From assembly GCA_044892525.1 (NCBI GenBank), contig CM097888.1, positions 14,322,001-14,386,000 of the forward strand: 64,000 nt of DNA. The letters are read 5' to 3'. The translations under genes and the position numbers were made by a program. The stretch comes from Schmidtea polychroa (taxonomy: Eukaryota). This document shows positions 25,901 through 33,332 of this stretch, one piece after another (the stretch's first letter is position 1; each line of letters starts with the position of its first letter). The notes under the pieces are model-generated. The model ran no database searches. It saw only the letters and a program-made list of their open reading frames with translations, and was not told where the DNA came from.

Positions 25901-28900
25901 TCGCTATGGCAGATCAGAAAGCAAGAACAATCGCAAAAATACTAGTAGAGGAGATATGTTGTCGATATGGAACACCAAAACAGATATTAACTGACCAAGG
26001 AACAAATTTCATGAGCGAAATAATGAGCGAAGTCACCAACTACTTCAAGATCGCAAAATTAAGAACATCACCGTACCATCCACAAACTAATGGTATGACG
26101 GAAAGATTCAATGGAACACTGATTCAAATGTTATCAAATTATGTCGATCGTCATCAACGCGACTGGGACGAGTATATAAAATTATGTTTAATGGCTTACA
26201 GAATGTCGATTCACGCGTCCACAAAGATGAGTCCGTTCAAGTTGATGTACGGCAGAGAATGCAATATGCCAATGGATTTGGAGTATCAGCCACCAATATC
26301 ACAGTACATGGAAATAGACGATTATGTAACCAAGTTCAAGGAAAGAATGCAGGAAATCTGGGAAACTGCAGGATTGAATATAAAATTTTATCAGGAAAGT
26401 TACAAAGATCTACATGATAGAAAGAAAAACGTCAAACAGCATACGTTTCAAACAGGCGATTGGGTGATGATCGAAACACCAGAATTAATTCTAGGAACCA
26501 CCAAAAAATTACAACGAAACGGTAAAGGTCCGTATGAGATCCTATTCATCGGAGAAACCAATGTAAGAGTACGATTGGTAAACAACCCCTTCACAAGGCC
26601 AATATATGTAAATGTGGCACGATGTAAGCCAATACCGAAAACAGCCACCAGCCAGCCGGAAGGGCGAACATTAACAACAAGATCACAAACATATAGAATA
26701 AATATGTTACAGCAGATAAACGAACCAACAGGTAACCGATTGGGGTTACAACCATCAGAAGCCGAGAAAATCATAAAGGAAGTGAAAGCTAAAATGCCCG
26801 GATGGGCAGAAGACAGATTAGATTTTGAGATATTGGGAGGTCTGCTAACAATGATCGAAAATTATGCAAACCGAGAAAGGACACACCCATTACTCAGGGT
26901 AGTAAAAAGTCAATGGCCTATATTATTTACGATCACAGACCATTATGGAGATACACCGCTGCACAAACTTTTAAAGGTCGGGAATAATGAACAAATACTG
27001 GAAACGATCGAAGCATTTCGCGATTGTAACGTTTCAACAGATCAAGAAAATAACCAAGGTTACACTCCACTAATGATAGCAGCCAATCGGGATAAAGCTA
27101 AAGATATTATCATCGCATTACTTGAAACTGGGTCAAAGATAACCACACAAGACCACAACCAGAAAAATGCACTACATCATGCAATCGAAGGGAAAAGTAC
27201 GGAAGCCTTCATAATCTTAGTAGATCTATTATCATATGAGGATAATAGGGAGATAGGAAACATGTATGACGGGTTATTAACTGCAATCAAAGAGAAATTA
27301 ATAATAATTACTGGAATACTAATTGCGTGGAGGAACCCGATCAAAAACGATTATATGGTAGATATAAACGAAACATTTACCAAAGGAGAAAATACCTTGA
27401 TGAGGGAAGCGATGAGAGGACATCACCTATTCGAAATTCCAAATCAACTACTACAACGTGGCATAAAGTTTTCAAATCACAAAGACGAACAACTAATCAG
27501 AAAACGAATTACCAACTTCGAAAAAGCTATATCTCAATTTACCGATAAAGTACAAGTAAAATTTTGGGAAACCGTGAGTGTATTATATATGATGGAAACT
27601 ATGAACAACATTCGAGAAAACTACCTAAGTATTATTCAAGTGCTTACGGCGGAAGAACGCATTAACAGTTCAAACAAGAAAAAGATAAAAATAAAGAAAG
27701 TAAAAACAAGGGAGTCCGAGGAACAAGTCGATCAAATAATAACCGAGATAGCAACAACAAGTAAACCCAAGATAATAAACTCAGACCAGGAGATAATAAT
27801 ACGCAAAGCCAAAGAGGTGTTCTTTGAAGAAATGCAAGATCTATCCGATGAAGCGATACTAGCAAAAATAACAAAAACAGTACACACCTACGCAAGAGAC
27901 CAGACCACAAATCTAGACATAGAAAAAATAAAAACATTTATACCACTAGCATTCACCTTACCAACAAAAGACTCAAGAACACCATTACAACAAGCCATTT
28001 TAGCAGCAAAAGAAAACAGAGCAATAACCATCATAAGAATCCTGGGAGACTTCGGAGAAGAATCTAATGCAAAAAACGAACAAGGAGAAACAGCAATAAT
28101 GTATGCAGCCATAACAAATATACACCCGAAAACATTACATATACTACATCGATCGGGATCAAGACTGGACGAAATATCAAACGAAGGAAATTCTACCATG
28201 GATTGGGCAACCATACAACCAAACTTGGAAATGATTAGATTCATTTGTAAAAATGCTACAAGAACTGAGGTAGAAAATATCTGTAAAAACACGTCACAGT
28301 TCCAATGGAACACGATACGGATGAACTTAGAAGCCATGAAGTTATTGCTAACATGGAAAATACCGCAAAGCAATAAACATGCAATAAATATAAATGAGTT
28401 CTACGAAAACGGAGAAAATGCTATGGTTAAAAATACACTAACAAAAGGAGGAACTCCGAAAATCATAATGATCGTATTGAACAGAGAAGACCTCAAATTC
28501 ACGCAAAATCTAAACGAACAAAAGCGGATTGGAAAACATCGCCGTATACAATTGAGAGAACTGGTAAAAGAATGGAATAGAAAGAGACATGTAGCAACAG
28601 GCAGAAAAGAGTTTGAATTCGAGGCAAAATTAGCAAGGAATAGAGTGTTAACGGCATATCGCAGATTATTGAACGACATAAATGTCGAGGACGACATTTC
28701 AAACGATAGCGGGGGAGATAAAGACGATAAAGACGACGATAATAATGAACAAGGTCGAAGCGGGAATGGAGAGAAAGAGAAATCAGAGGAAAATAATCAA
28801 GGGAATAACGACTCAGGTATAAAAAAGGAGGAAAATAAACCGGGAAGCCGAACAAAGGAAGAGGAAAAGACGAATAATGGGAAACAGAGGGTATGCCCAC

Positions 28901-29904
28901 TTTTTACCAACAAGGAAATGGAAACAAATATGATGGTAATGATACTCATACTAACAATGATAGAAATGATAACAGCCCACGGTGGAATGAGAACGATAAA
29001 AGAAGCCAAGGAAACGGAAAACAAAGACAACAAGGAGAAGGAACTAAAGCAAGAAAAGAAGAAGCAAGTACGAGAGCAACAATGGGATTTAAAAGAAGAA
29101 TGGGATCTAAAAGAAAGATGCATACTAGGAAGATGTATGTCGAGAGCATATCGGAGACTAGTATTAATAAATGAAGATACAGAACCAATAACGGAAGTAA
29201 GAATACAAGAAGCATACCGGAATCGAGACGGGAAGAGAATAACTAAAGTCAAAGGGAAGGAGGTACACCTGAGAAAAGGAGGTGAGGTAGTGATAACGCA
29301 ACTCCAGCCAAGAAAAGAACACAAAGTCTGCATTTCAAGATTAGGACCGGGTGAAGACTGTCTACAATATGTAACACAGCAACAACCTCCAAAAGAATAC
29401 ACAGTATGCATCTGGAGAAACGATACAGCGAGAGAATGTCGACGATACCCTGGGAGAAGAGGGAGGAAAAGAAAAATCAATGACGAAAAAGATGAGCAAG
29501 GAAAACGCAAGAAAACCGATGAAAACCAGATGGAGAAAATACAAAGAATGGCAAAGGAAGGTATGAACGAGGAAATAGCAAGAATACGAGGAATGATGAA
29601 AGGAAATGGCAAAGACGGTAATCTAAAAAGCACAGAAGCAATATCAACAATAGCGAACAAGGAAAAAGCAGAAATTATAAGCGTAAAACAGATGATGTGG
29701 ATCAGCGGCATAATAATAACAGGGGCCTTTTTAATCATAACGGGGGGGACAATAAAAATAATCAAAGATAGACGGCATCGCGGAGAACTAGAAATGGCCA
29801 GAATAAGAAATTTTCAACATCGTGTAAGACGACCAAGTAATATCAAGCAGGAACAGTGGGTGGAGGCCTGGAATGCTCAGCGCCCTCCAAGCTCACGTAT
29901 ATAG
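16057..29904 (+). CDS. 4615-aa single-ORF polyprotein Gag-UBL-Bcl2-Env-PR-RT-RH-IN-ANK-TM
   Basis: Uninterrupted 13.8-kb ORF with recognisable motifs listed in the sub-features. Confidence 0.95.
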   Translation: MTNVVKTDEYKEKFRGEPFNGNANKLATFITNFEVYIDVCGWTSEAISKRMPLFLCDSALEVYLEAKERNTKLDNWESIKTFLRKTFGASKPINQALGELASRKQRANESITLYASELRRLAKKAMNGNLPEENLIGYFIEGLRREEVRASVGCQMCKTLEEAIDWATRCELHLPAQMNVMQEEGRIATATVKTENGENSNHEPKMNQFIPGAHQIFKPPQGRSNGNNSERNNPNNGNNFNNRRNTNDNKQCRTCGKPGHWDRDCYRNANCNRCGRRGHTENICQLRGCFNCGQLGHISRDCRERSQQQRPPQRNNNYAPNPQRQSNPSEGKQMNVMQEISQMKQMMQQMMRPRQEQVPQQTQNIRMMRSTENLNNYEVQQHAQEWQRLQAEEERIKRERIQQRQEQPLRINMMRMAREIKEQYCYNYGKNPRVVPMSEPEKPKETIPAAKKENSTTSLKGNQRIQKIFWKKIKDKIERENEKTKTEAEAENDENEKQINHLNHDMIRGLDSEELTILENKKLKKVPRMRNLRINMMRTTKKVLSTDDDEDYVSSLGGEMLQLNENIDQLREKIGADEDESESNVTSESEDENIEMKLRKEREEAIKQVKEILPVVVRNQEFIDIIPYRRFTQRIMKLERNEKDLIPNEEKAIIKKYMEKMKQAETTRYVIKIGTSKGLERIWIKNAVTDDLFDWIREHLGSSRKKEYLYQYQGEQIKPDMHLIDALIWPGETQILKLHKEKQPANIHEWAKDAKAEYDFNIKLKLEQIKQCTLRRNLDKLIKQIQEQVEDNWDLLITRRTADMHELMSRLRDTELLRMSDWRTINLIHKYGRLKETQPQKLEITIWLPNEEKRRIKMSNQSTVDDLVTKINQEITEKVRSESSDGMIDDVVMMYDKIILRAEDDTSLSEMGMWDNHQIIRILPMDEFRTRDVTYQKEIRDRMKTLYQKSVEIIEIHQQWLKEKELQGKIKKLSVRSCRRTPWERMWNAENKEWEIRKGIFVETDIGEIESESEEEEDEPPKYEEDEIKSTSDDESETDVTSESETETRHIHAMRKKEREYADIDGEEAKEAREREEKERYKQLGDILATGAKNQKRQVIALANIILKTSENIHNLREMAKAIEEYRQYNEWYPEQLEQIIRKWRNQEWAQDTQERYRIRVKYPDKSIEDIEVHPTTKIRELKKKLAYETPFHLQLFGKSLDDNADVGITPMRLGEINVLTMAETLGKPIKRKSKSSKPTKGSLSTPSPNKVASKSNETEEIEEIILEDSDEGAGERSPILVRWPTGAEIWTTSQPSTSYQQPHKLNIEEIIDNTTETETDEQFQRQKGPTKATPEGQTDKIIDEWNEWLRNNDSSLPRTDNERNPKYETTREAGTMMEKRAKGRPRKQGEKPEFKTREQLKQEQGQVRLEKLDKIVWDLKEAQPTIERGEKWIRELVKDMLIITNPQLRRLWQRKVASVDARQLWNTISGIIPKLIKEKTKTTKTDWEETRRVIEQLTLNANDDEHHLVVLTYLMYNLMGLAARKIPNKQFANHVEMTVTIIENTIEPHIIRAGGWKRLIQAPRKNEQERSMQIRLKKLLNELEWELPLKDPASRKASINSLMMTMMIWMLCTSGAAGFTIYDCDNSIIGERYSLRDIEECRQASPNKLDIVKKKVSYHVYQESDFIRTQARECVVSKKVLAYYCGQYSYSTLILPGLDKEIVPIQREDCKELFRTGAMRIRDGVTIHGQSGMIKTESIYVAGRVKSTDGSCNGGTYTIRGEVISGVVVIESYTVELKEYEAQFDANNYQMKTNPACRATENVCRTGISTIIYEANTQKCRLQLLKSALFNEVKGEIYENEDDDEENGNVRMRNGKPVPPSPKEKRLTTQKTPTALITDDPDIGMRFIREKETTKCDSIVYRTNYAGIYMSRQVIDRAVGKVATEDVKLYLYANNKMDFLFHRGQTTMQKVYYDLIQNDCSLNKEILKTKLAIAITHPDNTMPSLPLPDGHFGRMVGEVMYTYACTKTFARLPRKPTIPPGKCANELEISYKGRNRFVQPVTRIMNPIGFYPNTFNCSNAYGPLYEKPDGKWIMLPVKTEVQEPKKFGLIELATEQDFKPIDVSKAGMYSPEDLETARLNVLFPARRESILSNMVTITGGTNFQSGPNYELLLSPDHFQQATSNMMKAMWGRFLVFGQMMAGILGIILIIQIVRVILTQMLACFDIYKREKKVNWKLIVGFLPFLAKTMVLHGHSKDIHRIKRLIKILTKIKGTDEEVGRRFRKTMYDEATRTQLKKNKPKFLDRFRNRSNSSDSDDDDNGNDKYPYPSRNPNEKPIETAPYWEKEKTNTWITNGSYIPPDIVGQQTALTMTQNMYPQLPSQPGMNYMPNRRTKSVDQADDVRTIAVMSSPGGAAVTVMIQINGKETSAMIDTGANVSAIAINQIPSKCWKDIEQTTIHIIACSKETVDVVGRWWTTLRYQDNEIETYLAVIPKLSEPCIIGTDLMPELFKEVVIDLTTMCLKDKTGRICKMNAIIRCPEKIIVPAKSQMICQIKVDAGMEGEVIFEPSKSFEKRRELPLAREIITINEDGEIPINITNFEEEDKIIYENERLGRLTPMIDIELPKITNETTKADELWIIDSTLLTEKEKERLQQLLIEYKDIFAISDLDLGACDVTLHAIPLIDETPIALRPYKLAEKQKEIAEAEVQKMLDAQVIEPSCSPWQFPVVMVKKKDGTQRFCIDYRKLNAVTKRDTYPLPDINEMLLMLQGAAYFTSLDLKSGYWQIKVKEEDKEKTAFTLGRDLYQFRKMPFGLTNAPASFQRCMNFVTHGIKQCMVYIDDLLIYSATFEQHLEDIRNVFVRLRQWKLKLKPSKCDWAKEKVTFLGHIVSAKGKEPDPRNIEKIKTCPAPKTVTQVQEFLGLCGYYRKFIKNYAGIAKPIQDLVKKDISFIWGAEQQKAFETLRDKLIEAPILVHPDFKKPFLLATDASGYAAGAILGQLDEEGKERVIGYYSRTFKKHEKNYSVTEREALAIIQAIKHFRYLLWGHEICITTDHQPLVWLGQHKEASSRLMRWAMQLQEYSPFIKFKAGRANANADCMSRFIFPDLVDHETQRICLMVAEDLDFCQLRKDQQEDTELKQIIEYVKTGKAEVYEKDQKLKEHMDKHRHRYIIEKDWLLIMDGEKRLMCIPENRRKELLTQYHDGRLGGHMSSKKTLARMKQKYFWPTLTEDVTEWVKNCITCATRKNTGTKWKAPLKPMPVPAEPMTMISMDVVGPLPESDRGNIYILVITDYLTKFPEAFAMADQKARTIAKILVEEICCRYGTPKQILTDQGTNFMSEIMSEVTNYFKIAKLRTSPYHPQTNGMTERFNGTLIQMLSNYVDRHQRDWDEYIKLCLMAYRMSIHASTKMSPFKLMYGRECNMPMDLEYQPPISQYMEIDDYVTKFKERMQEIWETAGLNIKFYQESYKDLHDRKKNVKQHTFQTGDWVMIETPELILGTTKKLQRNGKGPYEILFIGETNVRVRLVNNPFTRPIYVNVARCKPIPKTATSQPEGRTLTTRSQTYRINMLQQINEPTGNRLGLQPSEAEKIIKEVKAKMPGWAEDRLDFEILGGLLTMIENYANRERTHPLLRVVKSQWPILFTITDHYGDTPLHKLLKVGNNEQILETIEAFRDCNVSTDQENNQGYTPLMIAANRDKAKDIIIALLETGSKITTQDHNQKNALHHAIEGKSTEAFIILVDLLSYEDNREIGNMYDGLLTAIKEKLIIITGILIAWRNPIKNDYMVDINETFTKGENTLMREAMRGHHLFEIPNQLLQRGIKFSNHKDEQLIRKRITNFEKAISQFTDKVQVKFWETVSVLYMMETMNNIRENYLSIIQVLTAEERINSSNKKKIKIKKVKTRESEEQVDQIITEIATTSKPKIINSDQEIIIRKAKEVFFEEMQDLSDEAILAKITKTVHTYARDQTTNLDIEKIKTFIPLAFTLPTKDSRTPLQQAILAAKENRAITIIRILGDFGEESNAKNEQGETAIMYAAITNIHPKTLHILHRSGSRLDEISNEGNSTMDWATIQPNLEMIRFICKNATRTEVENICKNTSQFQWNTIRMNLEAMKLLLTWKIPQSNKHAININEFYENGENAMVKNTLTKGGTPKIIMIVLNREDLKFTQNLNEQKRIGKHRRIQLRELVKEWNRKRHVATGRKEFEFEAKLARNRVLTAYRRLLNDINVEDDISNDSGGDKDDKDDDNNEQGRSGNGEKEKSEENNQGNNDSGIKKEENKPGSRTKEEEKTNNGKQRVCPLFTNKEMETNMMVMILILTMIEMITAHGGMRTIKEAKETENKDNKEKELKQEKKKQVREQQWDLKEEWDLKERCILGRCMSRAYRRLVLINEDTEPITEVRIQEAYRNRDGKRITKVKGKEVHLRKGGEVVITQLQPRKEHKVCISRLGPGEDCLQYVTQQQPPKEYTVCIWRNDTARECRRYPGRRGRKRKINDEKDEQGKRKKTDENQMEKIQRMAKEGMNEEIARIRGMMKGNGKDGNLKSTEAISTIANKEKAEIISVKQMMWISGIIITGAFLIITGGTIKIIKDRRHRGELEMARIRNFQHRVRRPSNIKQEQWVEAWNAQRPPSSRI
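18058..19725 (+). CDS. Three ubiquitin/SUMO-like folds inside the polyprotein (~18058-18280, ~18574-18835, ~19519-19725)
   Basis: For example RIRVKYPDKSIEDIEVHPTTKIRELKKKL...LQLFGKSLDD parallels ubiquitin [29 protein letters not shown]...RLIFAGKQLED. Confidence 0.6.
20280..20740 (+). CDS. Bcl-2-like helical domain
   Basis: All-helical segment ending in BH2-like TIEPHIIRAGGWKRL (GGW at 20719-20727). BH1 is degenerate. Confidence 0.55.
20851..22671 (+). CDS. env: Envelope-like fusion glycoprotein (chuvirus/Monjiviricetes-type, class III-like): signal helix, Cys-rich ectodomain, TM
   Basis: Signal-like LMMTMMIWMLCTSGAAG is followed by FTIYDC...YSLRDIEEC...REC-V-KKVLAYYCGQYS and about 14 Cys. 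TM FLVFGQMMAGILGIILIIQIVRVIL lies at 22576-22650. Confidence 0.75.
23227..23560 (+). CDS. pro: Retropepsin aspartic protease
   Basis: AMIDTGANVS (DTG at 23293-23301) and the IIGTDLM motif. Confidence 0.93.
23960..25310 (+). CDS. pol: Reverse transcriptase and RNase H
   Basis: RFCIDYRKLN, LDLKSGYWQI, MPFGLTNAPASFQR, YIDD (24511-24522), LATDASG, EREALAI and TTDHQPL. Confidence 0.97.
25560..26640 (+). CDS. int: Integrase (HHCC, DDE core, GPY/F)
   Basis: HDGRLGGH...CITC, SMDVVGP, TDQGTNF, NGMTERFN and GKGPYEI. Confidence 0.96.
26935..28260 (+). CDS. Ankyrin-repeat region fused after integrase (two clusters)
   Basis: GDTPLHKLL, GYTPLMIAA and QKNALHHAI, then SRTPLQQAI, GETAIMYAA and GNSTMDWAT. 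Confidence 0.85.
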
Positions 29905-30072
29905 AAAGGATTATGACTGTATATAGATTGTAAAAAGTAAGTAGACAATATTTATTTATATAACAGTATGATATATTTTTATACAAGCGCGGTATCAATA
30001 GTATATAATGATGGGGATAATTAACATAAAAATAAAATTAGATAAGGATTGAAAAGTATATATAACTTAAGA

Positions 30073-30432
30073 ATGGAACGAATAGGCGAGGAAGTAAATC
30101 ACAGTACGACAACCGAGGAGATGTGGAAACAACAATGTGCAATGTTAACTCAAGTGATTTCGAATTTACAGGAACAAGGACTCGCTGTACAAAGAAGCTT
30201 AGTCGAAAGTTTAAATAAAGGCTTCAGTTATGTAAGAATAATCGAAGACCAACGAATAAAAATAGAACAAATGCAGCGAGAGATAGACCGAATATCACGA
30301 TACAGCCAGGTGCAAGAAGAGGAGTTAATAAGAATCGCGGAAGAGATGGAGCGAGAGGAGATAGAAGACTGGTCAGAATGGTTAACCAGCAGGGAAGAGG
30401 GCGGACAAGAGGCCGACTCTTCCAGCCAATAA
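30073..30432 (+). CDS. Accessory coiled-coil protein (119 aa)
   Basis: First ATG is at 30073 (the ORF track starts at an upstream TTG). Heptad-rich with an acidic tail and the same codon style as the element. Confidence 0.6.
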   Translation: MERIGEEVNHSTTTEEMWKQQCAMLTQVISNLQEQGLAVQRSLVESLNKGFSYVRIIEDQRIKIEQMQREIDRISRYSQVQEEELIRIAEEMEREEIEDWSEWLTSREEGGQEADSSSQ

Positions 30433-30521
30433 ATATAACCTAAAATAGCAATGTAAATAACTGTAAATAAAAATACGAAACTGTACCAGTAACGAATATA
30501 TGTATATATATAATTATAGAA

Positions 30522-31394
30522 ATGGATAAGCGACAACGAGAAGAATTCAAAGAAATTGTCGAACAAGTCAGAAAGTCCACCACAATTCGAATACACAACC
30601 ATGTAACGTGTGGAATATGCAAGAACTTATTAAGAGAACCTCACCAAACCCGATGTGGATGCAGAATGTGCAGAGAATGTGTAGAGGAGGTAATAAAGAA
30701 GGGACCACAATGGTGCCCAGTATGCAAAGAAACAATGATAACAAGTTTGGGAGATACAAACGAAGATAAAGCAGCTGTAAAAGATATGATGAATGCAAAC
30801 CTAGGATGCAAAAACACCCCATGTAATTGGCGAGGAGTGATATGGGAAGTGAGGCAACATATGGAGCAATGTGAATATAAAATCAGTCAATGCAAACGTT
30901 GCCAAGAAGAGATTAAAGTCAATGAAGAAGCAGAACATCAAAGTCGATGCGAAGAAAGACTGGAGAAATGTGAGTATTGCGGAGAAACCGACACCTGGAA
31001 AAAACTAATCAGTCAACATCACAACATACAAGAGGAGAAAGTGTGCGCAGAATTCAGAGGAGAATGCCCCAACAAATGCGATAAACCCGGAGTAATAAAA
31101 CTCGCTCAACATCTGAAAGAATGTGAAAGGAAAAAGATAAGGTGTGTGTTAGGAAAATGGGGATGTCAGAAACAATTACACCGAGGGGAATTACCCCAAC
31201 ATCTAGCAGAAAACGTATCAACACACGCGGAAATATGGTCAACGGTATTACAAGAAAACGAAAGGAAAACCGAAAACTTAGAAAGAGAAATAGTCTCGCT
31301 AAAAGCGTTGGTAAAAGAACTATTGGAAGAAAAGGAAGCATTCGAAGAGGCGAGAACAAGCACAAAGATACAAACAGATCTAGTAGAAACTTAG
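30522..31394 (+). CDS. TRAF homolog N-terminal part (RING, TRAF zinc fingers, coiled coil)
   Basis: CGICKNLLREPHQTRCGCRMCREC...CPVC, CKNTPCNWRG...HMEQC and CVLGKWGC...HL are TRAF-type motifs. Ends at TAG 31392-31394. Confidence 0.88.
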   Translation: MDKRQREEFKEIVEQVRKSTTIRIHNHVTCGICKNLLREPHQTRCGCRMCRECVEEVIKKGPQWCPVCKETMITSLGDTNEDKAAVKDMMNANLGCKNTPCNWRGVIWEVRQHMEQCEYKISQCKRCQEEIKVNEEAEHQSRCEERLEKCEYCGETDTWKKLISQHHNIQEEKVCAEFRGECPNKCDKPGVIKLAQHLKECERKKIRCVLGKWGCQKQLHRGELPQHLAENVSTHAEIWSTVLQENERKTENLEREIVSLKALVKELLEEKEAFEEARTSTKIQTDLVET

Positions 31395-31400
31395 AACATT

Positions 31401-31910
31401 ATGGTGAAAGAACTACATCAAAAAGTAAGCGAATTAAACCTCAACGAATTAATACCAACGGCTCCATACATATGGAAGATAACGGGAGTAAAAGAGAAGA
31501 TGCAGAGAGCGAGAAATGGAAAGGATACAACATTACTAAGTCCAGCATTCTACTCATGGAAAAACGGGTATAAAATGAAAATGAAAGCATACCCCAATGG
31601 GGATGGAAGTGCATATGGAACGCATTTCTCAGTATTCTTCTTGATATGCAAAGGGCTATACGACGAGTTAATAGAATGGCCATTCAAAGCAAAAATAGAC
31701 CTCGCAATGATGAACTATCAAAGTATACATGAACAGAGTTTCCATACAGCGGGAAGCCTCGTATGTTACCAAAGACCCTTGGAAGAAGAAGGACCAGCAA
31801 CTGGAGCACCGAATTTCATCCTACAGCGGAAAGTAGAAGACATGACGAGAAACGACACTATATACATAAAAATAGCGGTGAGGCGAGACGGGAAGAGTAG
31901 GACTGAGTAG
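31401..31910 (+). CDS. TRAF-C/MATH domain protein, in frame with the TRAF N-part
   Basis: YIWKITG, SPAFYS...GYKM...YPNGDG...THFSVFF...G.YD..IEWPF, YQRP and DTIYIKIAV. Confidence 0.92.
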   Translation: MVKELHQKVSELNLNELIPTAPYIWKITGVKEKMQRARNGKDTTLLSPAFYSWKNGYKMKMKAYPNGDGSAYGTHFSVFFLICKGLYDELIEWPFKAKIDLAMMNYQSIHEQSFHTAGSLVCYQRPLEEEGPATGAPNFILQRKVEDMTRNDTIYIKIAVRRDGKSRTE

Positions 31911-32125
31911 AGAGACGAATAATTTTGTATATATTAAATTGTAAATATCGGTGAATATACCCAGTAAAATATTATATAGTAGTGTAGAAAACCCCAAATA
32001 TGTTAAGAATAAACTTAAACGGAAAAATTCTAAAAACAACCCACCGATAACGAATTATAAACAATGAATAAATAACGAATATAAAAAGGCGACGTCAAGT
32101 TAATAATATCATTGTTCAGATCAAG

Positions 32126-33163
32126 ATGACACAAGAAGGAACTGAAGCCCCAAACCACGAAACCAAAGTCAATAAAATCCATAAGGGAAAATGGGTCAAA
32201 GTAATGTTACAATTGACGAACCAGACCCGTAACCACCTCGAAGAGGCCAGGGAATACGAGAATAACAAATATCAGTGGTTAGTAAACAATTTGAGAGCCG
32301 AAGCAGAAACATGCAAAAGAGCCTCTAAGTGGGCATCATTGGAAAACACTCGCCAAGAAGCGCACAGCCACTATTTAAAAAAGTTAGTGCAGGAAGCACG
32401 GAAACGATTGACGGACGAAAACACAAAACGAGAAGCAGAAAAACAAAAGGAAGGAAGGAAAATGAACCACCTATTGGCAGAAGCCCGAAACTGGAAGCGA
32501 CAGAACAAAGAGATGAAAAAAGAAATGAAAGAATTGCCTATGAGATTAGAATACGAAAGCGAACAAGGCAAATGGGAGGAAAATCTGGTCATAAGAGAAG
32601 AACTGAAACGGCTCAGAAAGATTGCGGCCCGAAGTCAAACATGGCAGACCAAAGCCATGGAATTTGAAAGACATCTAGCCATGAAAATCTCCATAAGGGA
32701 GCACGAGAATGCCGCAATGGAAGAACTGATACTTCAACAGTCAGGACGACTCGTGGAACTGGTAAATAAGGTCGCAGAACTAGAACGAGATGTCAACGGA
32801 TACCAAGGAGCTCTGGAGCAGAGAAATATGGTACTGGCGGGGAAAAACAAAAAGTTAGAAAACGAAAGGAAAATGTATAACGAAAATCTCAAAAATCTGG
32901 AGATAGAAATCAAGAAATGGGAAAACGGCGAAAAAGCGGAAGAGCTAGAAAAACAGATAGAGGTAAGAGACGATGAAACCAGGTATCTAACATACCTGTT
33001 GGACGAGGAACTTAACGTGTCAAGAGCACTAAGAGACGAAGTGCAAGAACTTAGAGCGCAGATTCCCCGGTACTACATCCCATTTAATCCCATCGCATTC
33101 CAATTACAAACGTCAGTAGAAAGCGATGAAGGATATGTAGGCCAGGAAGAGACCTTTGTATAA
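32126..33163 (+). CDS. Accessory long coiled-coil protein (345 aa)
   Basis: ATG after an AT-rich spacer, with E/K/R/L heptads throughout. Confidence 0.75.
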   Translation: MTQEGTEAPNHETKVNKIHKGKWVKVMLQLTNQTRNHLEEAREYENNKYQWLVNNLRAEAETCKRASKWASLENTRQEAHSHYLKKLVQEARKRLTDENTKREAEKQKEGRKMNHLLAEARNWKRQNKEMKKEMKELPMRLEYESEQGKWEENLVIREELKRLRKIAARSQTWQTKAMEFERHLAMKISIREHENAAMEELILQQSGRLVELVNKVAELERDVNGYQGALEQRNMVLAGKNKKLENERKMYNENLKNLEIEIKKWENGEKAEELEKQIEVRDDETRYLTYLLDEELNVSRALRDEVQELRAQIPRYYIPFNPIAFQLQTSVESDEGYVGQEETFV

Positions 33164-33332
33164 AGATGAAGGGAAAGATAAAAAATATAAAAATCGGGAC
33201 CTGTATCCCAACCAAAAAATTAATAGTACAGTAAAAGTATGAAAGGGACTGTAACCCTGATTATAAAATAACATACAAATGTATAAGTATAAGCCGCACT
33301 GTAGCGCACTATTAATTGTAAATATTGTAGAA

